Positions 18,346 through 25,528 of a DNA stretch of 64,000 nt are shown in pieces. Numbering within the stretch: the first letter of the stretch is position 1; each line of letters opens with the position of its first letter. The notes below the pieces were generated by a model, which did not search any database, had not been told where the DNA came from, and was given only the letters and a program-made list of their open reading frames with translations. This stretch comes from a virus. Location: IMG/VR virus record IMGVR_UViG_3300021964_000015. One strand, 5' to 3'. Made by a program: the position numbers and the translations under genes.

Positions 18346-18702
18346 ATGCTTCGTTTAATTTCCTCCGTTTTGCTGCTCAGCGTCATTGCACCACATACGC
18401 AAGCAGCCACTTTTCAATGCGGCCAAGCTTCACACTATGGCATTGGTGATGGCTATCACGGTCAACGCACTGCAAGTGGTGAACGTTTTGATGCCTATGC
18501 AATGACAGCAGCTCATCCATCGCTACCATTGGGCACCAAAATCCTCGTCAAGAACCAAGCAAATGACAAAGACGTGCTGGTCACCATCAATGATCGTGGT
18601 CCGTACATCCATGGTCGCATCGTGGATTTGTCTTATGGCAGCTTTTCTCGCATTGCCCATCCTGGCCAAGGCGTTGCTGATGTGTGCCTGATGGAGTTGT
18701 AA
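18346..18702 (+). CDS. rlpA: RlpA-family (double-psi beta-barrel) lytic transglycosylase
   Basis: Signal peptide; GQASHYG, TASGERFD..AMTAAHPSLP.GT, VTINDRGPY, RIVDLS. Confidence 0.9.
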   Translation: MLRLISSVLLLSVIAPHTQAATFQCGQASHYGIGDGYHGQRTASGERFDAYAMTAAHPSLPLGTKILVKNQANDKDVLVTINDRGPYIHGRIVDLSYGSFSRIAHPGQGVADVCLMEL

Positions 18703-18741
18703 AGGCTTGTGATACCATTGGCAAGGAATGTTCAAGGCGCC

Positions 18742-18771
18742 TTGACGGGCGCCTTTTTTGTGCTCTATACT
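18742..18771 (+). promoter_or_regulatory. sigma70-type promoter overlapping a terminator hairpin
   Basis: TTGACG (in the loop of AAGGCGCC/GGCGCCTT) N18 TATACT. Confidence 0.65.
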
Positions 18772-18825
18772 TCCGAGCACAGGCGTATCAGCGTCTCTCG
18801 CCCGAGAGGGTCTCTTCTGAAAATC

Positions 18826-19218
18826 ATGACAACCAAGCATTTCAGCGTCAGCAAAAAAGCCCAGCAAACACTTGGCATTACAGTGCTTAACGTAATGCAA
18901 CATTGCGTGGTCATTCGCACTGAACGCGGCCCTCGTTTTATGAGCCGTAAAGTGTTTGACTCATGGGAAACCAAGCAACGCATGGCTCGTGCTCAAGCTT
19001 GTCATGCTCGATATATTGCAAATAACGTGTGGATGGTTCTTGATCCTGCTACTAACACTGAAGCTCATACTGTCATTCGCACTGGCGCCAACAGCAAAAA
19101 TATTGAAGGGAAATGGGCTTGCACTTGCACTGATGCCCATTTCATGATGGAGCGTGGTCAGGAGCCTTGTTGTAAGCACATCTTGGCTGCCCATTTGCAA
19201 CTGGCTATGGGCTCTTGA
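18826..19218 (+). CDS. SWIM zinc-finger protein
   Basis: WACTCTD...CCKHILAA (CxC..CxH). Confidence 0.8.
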   Translation: MTTKHFSVSKKAQQTLGITVLNVMQHCVVIRTERGPRFMSRKVFDSWETKQRMARAQACHARYIANNVWMVLDPATNTEAHTVIRTGANSKNIEGKWACTCTDAHFMMERGQEPCCKHILAAHLQLAMGS

Positions 19219-19323
19219 TAGAGCTGAGCTGGGCTTCACGAGGCCCAGCTCTTGCCGCTTGCTCTGTAGCGGGTAACGCCCATGAAGAAATCATTGGGAA
19301 CCCACATCCTATAGCATTTCTGA

Positions 19324-19536
19324 ATGATGGCATTTTCCGTTAATGATTTAGTGGATCTTTTTGATTATGGTTTTCGGCAATGGAGAGGAGAATATATTGT
19401 TATTAAACTACCAGCAGATGAACGTGGGCTTTATAAAATTCGTAACATGCGCACCAATAGCCAGCAGTTCGTTCGCGAGAAAGTCTTGCGCCGCAATCGT
19501 TTAGGGCCATTCCGCATCGAAAGCTTGCAGCCTTGA
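19324..19536 (+). CDS. hypothetical small beta protein
   Basis: 70-aa ORF, FSVNDLV start typical of SH3/KOW-like phage proteins. Confidence 0.6.
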   Translation: MMAFSVNDLVDLFDYGFRQWRGEYIVIKLPADERGLYKIRNMRTNSQQFVREKVLRRNRLGPFRIESLQP

Positions 19537-19547
19537 TGGCTGTGATA

Positions 19548-19596
19548 TATGATTCTTTTCACGGGGCGAGAGCCTCACAACTTTCTGATCATCATG
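19548..19596 (+). promoter_or_regulatory. repeated promoter/leader unit
   Basis: TATGAT, then GGGGC-GAGA-GCCTC hairpin, then CTGATCATC-ATG. Confidence 0.7.
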
Positions 19597-19842
19597 ACCA
19601 TCGCCGCTCCTCCCTTGCAAGCTGCAGCGCACCATGCGCATCTGGGACTGACCATGGACAGAAACATTGAGGCAATCTCACGCATCAGCCCTGCTAACAG
19701 CGCTTTTACCAATCCAAAAGGTGGTTATGGCGTTGTGGTTCAACGGAAAAATCCTACACGTTATGCACGCAGGCTTAAACAAAGATTGACAGAAAAACAA
19801 AACCGCCAAGTTATTGAAAAGAAAAACAATGGATTCCTTTGA
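19594..19842 (+). CDS. hypothetical basic protein
   Basis: Start placed from the conserved leader. Confidence 0.6.
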   Translation: MTIAAPPLQAAAHHAHLGLTMDRNIEAISRISPANSAFTNPKGGYGVVVQRKNPTRYARRLKQRLTEKQNRQVIEKKNNGFL

Positions 19843-19867
19843 CGCCTAAACCGTTTGATATTGGCCA

Positions 19868-19885
19868 TTTGTAACGATATGTAAA
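19868..19885 (-). promoter_or_regulatory. HLR1-like (RpaB) site
   Basis: TTTACATA-TC-GTTACAAA on the minus strand matches (G/T)TTACA(T/A)(T/A)-N2 direct repeat. Confidence 0.55.
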
Positions 19886-19927
19886 GGCAGAAGCGGGGGC
19901 TCCCAAAGCCCCTGCTTCGCTGTGCTG

Positions 19928-19978
19928 TATAGTTCTGTCATCGGGGGCGAGAGCCTCCACCACCTCCTGACAGTCATG
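19928..19978 (+). promoter_or_regulatory. repeated promoter/leader unit
   Basis: TATAGT, GGGGGC-GAGA-GCCTCC hairpin, CCTGACAGTC-ATG. Confidence 0.7.
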
Positions 19979-20341
19979 ACCGTCACCATCAACGAAACTG
20001 CCACCTGCCCCAGCTGCAACGGCACTGGCAAGCTTTCTCATTTCAGCCACATTGCAAATGGCGATTGCTTTGCTTGTGGCGGCACTGGCACCATCACTTT
20101 TAAAAGCTTCATCGGTGACAGCAGCGACGTGATCTTGGAAGTGTTTAAGCACGGTGGCAAGTTCTGGCACGCCTACCTTCGTTGCCGCACTTGGAAAAAC
20201 TACGTCAGCCCTTCGCATGGTCCCATGCATGAATGGGGCAAAGATCTGTGGTGCAAGCGCATTGATGACGCAGAAGAGGCTCGTGAACTGTGGCGCAATG
20301 CAGCCAACACTGGCATCAAAACCGCCATCTGTGATGACTGA
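19976..20341 (+). CDS. protein with DnaJ-type CxxCxGxG zinc finger
   Basis: CPSCNGTG...CFACGGTG. Confidence 0.75.
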   Translation: MTVTINETATCPSCNGTGKLSHFSHIANGDCFACGGTGTITFKSFIGDSSDVILEVFKHGGKFWHAYLRCRTWKNYVSPSHGPMHEWGKDLWCKRIDDAEEARELWRNAANTGIKTAICDD

Positions 20342-20389
20342 TTGTTAAGCCAAGAGCGGGGCCACCAAAGGCCCCGCCTTTCCATGCTG

Positions 20390-20435
20390 TATAGTTCTTT
20401 TCACGGGGCGAGAGCCTCACTTCCTGATCATCATG
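20390..20435 (+). promoter_or_regulatory. repeated promoter/leader unit
   Basis: TATAGT, GGGGC-GAGA-GCCTC hairpin, CCTGATCATC-ATG. Confidence 0.7.
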
Positions 20436-20690
20436 ACCACCATCCCTACCATCCACCTCAACGGCACCAGCGGCACCATGCTGCGTGATGAATACGCCGC
20501 TGCCTATGACGCCATTGGTAAAGCTATCAACGCTTTAGCCAATGCCACGCTGAATGGCCGTGATTTCTATCCACAAGGTACTGAGGCTTACTATCAAGCC
20601 CGAAAGGAGCGTGACCAAGCTTTTGCTCAGCTTGATGCTGCTCATGGCTATGTGGGGCAAATGCTTGCTGGCATCTGCGATCAAATGTGA
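20433..20690 (+). CDS. hypothetical protein
   Basis: PTIHLNGT..NGRDFYPQG; strong codon bias. Confidence 0.75.
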   Translation: MTTIPTIHLNGTSGTMLRDEYAAAYDAIGKAINALANATLNGRDFYPQGTEAYYQARKERDQAFAQLDAAHGYVGQMLAGICDQM

Positions 20691-20705
20691 GCACTGTATA
20701 AGCCC

Positions 20706-20921
20706 ATGCAATCAACGAAAATAAGCGGCCCCAAAAGGCCGCGAGAGATTGAACTCCTTGCTGCTGCCATTGCTCCCAAAACGCAAGACATCTTTATTTG
20801 CACCATTGGTGAGCGTAATTCTCATAGCCAAGTGGTTCATCGCATCTACATTGGCAAAGATAGTTTCAAATGGACCATTAGAACCATTCGTGCCTTCCTA
20901 ACAGAGCAAGGCCTCATTTAA
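20706..20921 (+). CDS. hypothetical protein
   Basis: 71-aa ORF in the early cluster. Confidence 0.55.
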   Translation: MQSTKISGPKRPREIELLAAAIAPKTQDIFICTIGERNSHSQVVHRIYIGKDSFKWTIRTIRAFLTEQGLI

Positions 20922-20942
20922 CCTTCCCATCGCTTCCAAATC

Positions 20943-21248
20943 ATGCATCTTGTTTGTAATTACAACAGCAACGGTCCGTATTTTGCTCCTACGCAAGGGC
21001 AATATCATGCTGCTCGTCTCAAAGACCTTATTTTCCATGTGAGGCTATGCATGGAAGATGGTGACTACCAAATAGGCGTGTTTGATGATGAAGGGCAATG
21101 TAAGGGCATCTGGGTGGATGAAAGTGAGCCCATAGACGATGGGGAAGGGGGAATGACTCTTTCTAAGCCTGATTATGTGCTGTATCGTCCTGGTGACATC
21201 AGTGCAGGCATGTGGAATTTGTATCTTCGTAAATTCAAAAGAAAATAA
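20943..21248 (+). CDS. hypothetical protein
   Basis: 101-aa ORF followed by a hairpin at 21255-21282. Confidence 0.65.
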   Translation: MHLVCNYNSNGPYFAPTQGQYHAARLKDLIFHVRLCMEDGDYQIGVFDDEGQCKGIWVDESEPIDDGEGGMTLSKPDYVLYRPGDISAGMWNLYLRKFKRK

Positions 21249-21276
21249 TGGAAAAGCCGGTCCCCCCAAAAAGGGA

Positions 21277-21423
21277 CCGGCTGGTTTCGTATCGGGAATC
21301 TTGATAACATGCGTTTATCGAGAATCTGCGTAAGCCACCAGTCAGAACCGGCTAAGTGCGTATCTGGAAATTTTGGAACCGGCTAGGGTCGTATCTAGGG
21401 TCCGGCTAGGGTCGTATCTAGGG
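21277..21423 (+). repeat. four copies of CCGGCT-N5-CGTATC
   Basis: Copies start at 21277, 21348, 21379, 21402. Confidence 0.85.
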
Positions 21424-21446
21424 AGATCCTAGTGGAGGTTTTTGAA

Positions 21447-21552
21447 AATGAGAATCATTCTCAACTAGTCCTCTTGATAATGAGAATCATTCTCAACTAG
21501 TCCTCTTGATAATGAGAATCATTCTCAACAAGCTTATTGAGAATCGTTCTCA
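21447..21552. repeat. tandem Fur-box-like palindromes (32-bp period)
   Basis: TGAGAATCATTCTCA at 21449, 21481, 21513 and TGAGAATCGTTCTCA at 21538. Confidence 0.85.
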
Positions 21553-21592
21553 TTATGCGCCTATGCGCATGGACGCATAAAGGCACGACGCC

Positions 21593-21680
21593 GTGTGCCA
21601 GTCCAGGATTGGCACACAGTACAGGCGTTCTTGTGCCAGTCCCAAATTGGCACACTGTGCCAGCCGCCAGATTGGCACAC
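21593..21680. repeat. three GTGCCA-N9/10-TGGCAC palindromes
   Basis: Start at 21595, 21633, 21657. Confidence 0.85.
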
Positions 21681-21711
21681 CTTGCAATCGAGAATCGTTC
21701 GCAATAGTGGC

Positions 21712-21764
21712 TTATGCGCCTTGAAGCATAAAGAGGCGATGCTTTTATGCGCCTTGAAGCATAA
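21712..21764. repeat. two TTATGC-N8-GCATAA palindromes
   Basis: Identical 20-mers at 21712 and 21745. Confidence 0.85.
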
Positions 21765-21795
21765 AAGGCTAGGTATAAAAAACTGCGCGAGGCTA

Positions 21796-21862
21796 TTTGA
21801 GCCCTACTGTTCTGGCCTATGCAAGCCCTACTGTTCTGGCCTGTTTGAGCCCTACTGTTCGC
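21796..21862 (+). repeat. three 24-bp-period direct repeats (AGCCCTACTGTTC core)
   Basis: Core at 21800, 21824, 21848. Confidence 0.85.
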
Positions 21863-22192
21863 CTCTTGCTTTATATGTATACAAAAGCAAAGGCGCCCGC
21901 TCAAACGGGCGCCCGCATGGTATGGGCTGCTGTTCTTGTGAGCTTTTGAGCTATGGCTTGACGGGATGGCGGTATGCATGGTACGCGCGCGGGCGCGGTT
22001 CCTTTATTGCTGCCAGCATCTCCCGGCTCGTTGTTTCCAGGCAATGCGCCAACCACGGAAACCGGCGCATTCTTCCGAAGCTTGTGACGGTTAGCACTCC
22101 GGCCTATTTTTCCGAGAAATGGCCGCGCTTGCCTTTAGTGTTCTCTCAACGGCAAACGGGAGCGATCCTGAGCCGTTGCTCTTCTGTTCTTC

Positions 22193-22450
22193 ATGCATCC
22201 CATGGCACGTATGTCACCCAGTGAGCTTGACCGCATTGCGCGTCAGGCATCCGAAGCGATCGGCGCAGATATATTCTGGCAACGCTCAGAATCAGGCCAC
22301 CACGTTATGCGCAAGTGGGGCCTAGGTGCGCAAGCTATGGCCGAATGCCTGACAATGCGGGAGGCATTCCACTACATGCAAGGCATGCGAGACGCTGCGC
22401 AATTGGCAAAGCAAGCCAAGCGCGTTGTGTTGCCTGGCGAGCCTGCCTGA
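22193..22450 (+). CDS. hypothetical protein
   Basis: First ORF after the repeat array. Confidence 0.6.
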   Translation: MHPMARMSPSELDRIARQASEAIGADIFWQRSESGHHVMRKWGLGAQAMAECLTMREAFHYMQGMRDAAQLAKQAKRVVLPGEPA

Positions 22451-22491
22451 TTCTTTCTTTCTTTCTTTAACCGTTCCTTTGCTTTAGTCTC

Positions 22492-23184
22492 ATGCGTCTT
22501 AATTTCCTTAAGTTCCATCTCTCCACTAAAAGCAGCAACGCCAAAACAGGCCCCATCGCAGTCTCAACTAGCAGCAAGGCTACGTGCTCTCCTACGTGCC
22601 CGTTCTTGCCTGAGAATGGCGGGGGATGCTATGCCGCTAGCGGGCCCTTGAATCTGCACTGGTTGCGCGTGTCAAGCGGTGAGCGTGGCCACTCCTTCGC
22701 AGTGTTCCTAGAGAAACTGCAAGCGCTGCCCAATGGTGCAGCATTCCGCCACAATCAGAGCGGGGATCTCCCACATAATTCTGGCCGCATCTCGCAAACG
22801 TTCATTCGGCGGATTGTCAAAGCAACGCAGCATCTCCGGGCTTTCACGTACACTCACCACGATATAAAGAAAGGGGACAACCTAGCACTGCTACGTTATG
22901 CCAACCGTAACGGTTTCCGCATTAACGTGAGCTGTGAGACTGAAGCAGCAGTGGACGATGCTATCAGCGCTGGATTGCCAGCAGTGTTGGTTGTTCCGTC
23001 TGACGAAAAACGCACCACGTGGCACACTTCAGGCGGAAACGTGGCGATCGTCTGCCCAGCTCAACGCAGCGATACCACCACGTGCAGCGACTGCATGCTC
23101 TGCCACAAAAGGGGGGCAAAAGTGGCCATTGCATTTCTCGCCCATGGCAACGGCAAACGTAAGGCTGAAGCCTCTCTATGCTAA
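22492..23184 (+). CDS. Cys-rich protein, Gp88-like (possible metal or Fe-S binding)
   Basis: SSNAKTG, CxxxCP...GCYA, FRHN.SGD, YTH, CPAQ...CxxCxxC. Confidence 0.6.
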   Translation: MRLNFLKFHLSTKSSNAKTGPIAVSTSSKATCSPTCPFLPENGGGCYAASGPLNLHWLRVSSGERGHSFAVFLEKLQALPNGAAFRHNQSGDLPHNSGRISQTFIRRIVKATQHLRAFTYTHHDIKKGDNLALLRYANRNGFRINVSCETEAAVDDAISAGLPAVLVVPSDEKRTTWHTSGGNVAIVCPAQRSDTTTCSDCMLCHKRGAKVAIAFLAHGNGKRKAEASLC

Positions 23185-23212
23185 TTTCCTCTCCCGTTCT
23201 TTCTTTCTGATC

Positions 23213-23374
23213 ATGCTCGTTATCATCACCACAGAAACCCATTTAGGCGGTTCTGAGCTTCTCAAACGACGCCACGAAATAAAAGCTGCATCCATTGAAG
23301 CGGCACTCTCTAAATTCTCTTTGCTGTCTGGCCTTTTGCCGGGCGAAACAATCGAAACCATCCAAGAGGTCTGA
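23213..23374 (+). CDS. hypothetical protein (53 aa)
   Basis: CTGATC-ATG start context like the other early genes. Confidence 0.5.
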   Translation: MLVIITTETHLGGSELLKRRHEIKAASIEAALSKFSLLSGLLPGETIETIQEV

Positions 23375-23377
23375 ACA

Positions 23378-23563
23378 ATGTTCACCATCACGGCTTGCGA
23401 TGAATACGGCCAAGACTACATCTTGCAAACATTCCCAGATGTAGATTCTGCCAGAGATGAGCTTAATTTTCTTCTCTATTGTCAGGACAATCTGTACAGT
23501 TACCGCCGACAGCTTGCAATTGCCGAACTCTCCGAACAATTAGAAGCCCACGACATGCCCTAG
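23378..23563 (+). CDS. hypothetical protein
   Basis: 61-aa acidic ORF followed by a terminator-like hairpin (about 23589-23621). Confidence 0.6.
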   Translation: MFTITACDEYGQDYILQTFPDVDSARDELNFLLYCQDNLYSYRRQLAIAELSEQLEAHDMP

Positions 23564-23914
23564 AAGCCGCTGCAAGGCCCGCAAAAGCAAGCCCGCTAGC
23601 ACTGCGCCTAGTGGGCTTTTTAGTGGCCTTCTAGCCTGCTAGGACGGCGTTTGAGAGTGCTGGCGTTTTGCTGCTGCTGACTGAAGAGCTTAGAGCTAAG
23701 GGGAATTTCTCTAATTCCGACCTCAAAAGTCGGGATTAACAAAAATTAATCAAAGCGCTGATCAGCACTTTTTATCAGTCAATTCTTGACCTTTTCGGCG
23801 TTCTGTGAGAGGATGGTGCAGCGCAGTAACGGCGGGATAATTCGAAAGGCGTGCCGGGCTACCCCTCCAAAAACCGACGCCACCTTCATTCATTTTTCTC
23901 TATGCACTAATGCA

Positions 23915-24442
23915 TTAAGGACAAGCGAGGTTCATTTTTGTTTGGCAGACATTGCGAGCAAGTTTATAAAGTTCCTGTTCGTTAGCGTCATTTTTAATGG
24001 CGTTGGCTCTATGGGAAACGATGATGACATTTCCTTTTACATAGCCTTTAGAGCTATCAATGCGATCGATGGAAGGACTTTCTGGGAAGGCCTTAGCTTT
24101 CACGCCAAGACCAGTTTGCACTTTCCAGCGTAATTTTATTCCAAGGTAAGGGCAATGCGAAGGGAGGCCCAATGAGCGCAAATACTCGATGTCTATATTG
24201 TGAGCAAGGTTTTTTTCTTTTGCTCTTTTTTTGGACCCCTGCAACATTTTGCTTAATTGATAAGCTTCTGGATTGGCGCGCTGAGCTGCCGCTTCTCGCC
24301 CAGTGCGACGATATTCACGCTTTCGTTTTCGTTCGCATTCTCTGCATTCTGATTGCCTTCCATCTTTTGCTTTTGTCTGTTTATTGAATTCTGAAAACGG
24401 CTTCGTTTCGCCGCATTTTGAACAAACTTTAGCTGCTTCCAT
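23915..24442 (-). CDS. HNH-like endonuclease with N-terminal Zn finger
   Basis: KVCSKCGETKP.SEF..CRECE; CPYLG..PSIDRIDSSKGYVKGNV..SHRANAIK. Confidence 0.85.
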   Translation of the reverse strand: MEAAKVCSKCGETKPFSEFNKQTKAKDGRQSECRECERKRKREYRRTGREAAAQRANPEAYQLSKMLQGSKKRAKEKNLAHNIDIEYLRSLGLPSHCPYLGIKLRWKVQTGLGVKAKAFPESPSIDRIDSSKGYVKGNVIIVSHRANAIKNDANEQELYKLARNVCQTKMNLACP

Positions 24443-24550
24443 GGAAAGCTAACAATTGGGCAAATCATAGCCATCATTCTTGAAAACGCAGTGTTGCTAT
24501 GGCGAATCAAGGCCCCAAAAGGGCCGCAGATGAGCCATATGGCGAAGCTT

Positions 24551-24947
24551 CGTTCAGAACATTCCAGCATAAAGAGCGCCCCCAAAAGGCGCTCTTTTTT
24601 CAGAACCAAAATCAGCACTTCTCTCCCATTGTTATTTCCAGTACTAAGGGCGGTCCTCAAAAGACCGCCCTGCTTCAGAACTAAAGTGAAACCATTCCAG
24701 GATTTACAGCGAAACCATTCCAAGATTTACGCTTTTTTTTCGTTGCACGCAGTATCCCCTTGCATTGACCAGTATCGCTTGAGGATTTTTTCAATCGACG
24801 CCGCTTTTGGGGCGGCGTCTAGATCTGGAAGGACATTTGCTAGTCCTGGAAGAATCGTTCAGACTTTATGTTCTGAAGATCGTCGCCGCTTTTTGGGCGG
24901 CTCCTTGTGCTGGAAGAACAGCCATTTTGCACTGGCAGTTCTGAACG
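24551..24947. other. symmetric non-coding element, replication origin candidate
   Basis: Two plus-strand and two minus-strand TTCCAG-hairpin units converge on a 20-bp direct repeat; bounded by inverted CGTTCAGAAC. Confidence 0.6.
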
Positions 24948-25243
24948 GAGGCGTCGATGGTGTGTTCGAGACTAGTCGAAAACTTATCGTGCCGTTAGAA
25001 AGTTGTCATCCGTTGCACCATGCTTAGCATAACGTCGCTGTCAAGGGCCTTTTTGTATCAAGGCGATACCAAAACAGGCGTTTTTCGAGAATATTGCCAG
25101 TAAGCTTCAGCTTTTCTTAATAATTCCTAGAGACAAAATGCTTATTGTTCGCAAATTCTGAAGATAAAGCTAAAAAGTAACTAAAACTACTTGCCTCCCA
25201 TTGTTCTTTCTTTAGCCTGAAAAAATACAGCCAATTAAATACC

Positions 25244-25432
25244 ATGTGGGACGATCTTCCCGAACCATTCATGATTGGTGCCATCAAGCTTTGGCCCGTT
25301 CATAGTCGTCCCGATATGAAATGGTTCATTGCTTACGAAGGTAAGCCGTATTATTTCCCAAGCAAATCTGCTGCCATTTTGTTCGCCAAAGATCGCCAGT
25401 CCATTGAAGATCCTGAGATGCTTTGCGATTGA
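25244..25432 (+). CDS. hypothetical protein
   Basis: 62-aa ORF after an AT-rich promoter-like region. Confidence 0.6.
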   Translation: MWDDLPEPFMIGAIKLWPVHSRPDMKWFIAYEGKPYYFPSKSAAILFAKDRQSIEDPEMLCD

Positions 25433-25528
25433 GCCGAAGAATTGATTAAGGCACCAGAAGCCGTAGCTAAACTGGTTCCGTTCAAGAGCCGCCTTTGAGG
25501 GGCGGCTCTTTCGTCTCATTCAAGATCA

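Noticed and set aside
21447-21862. CRISPR-like array
   Set aside because: Intervening sequences are identical or too short to be spacers, and there are no cas genes.
21497-22224. ORFs 21497-21979 (-) and 21595-22224 (+)
   Set aside because: They translate DNA repeats and palindromes and do not look like proteins.
24551-24947. MITE or IS remnant (10-bp inverted ends)
   Set aside because: No target-site duplication or transposase, and the end motif recurs internally.
24253-25027. ORFs across the symmetric element
   Set aside because: No motifs or clear translation signals; the DNA symmetry explains the region better.
25051-25074. NtcA site
   Set aside because: Spacing is GTA-N9-TAC rather than N8; left as an unexplained palindrome.
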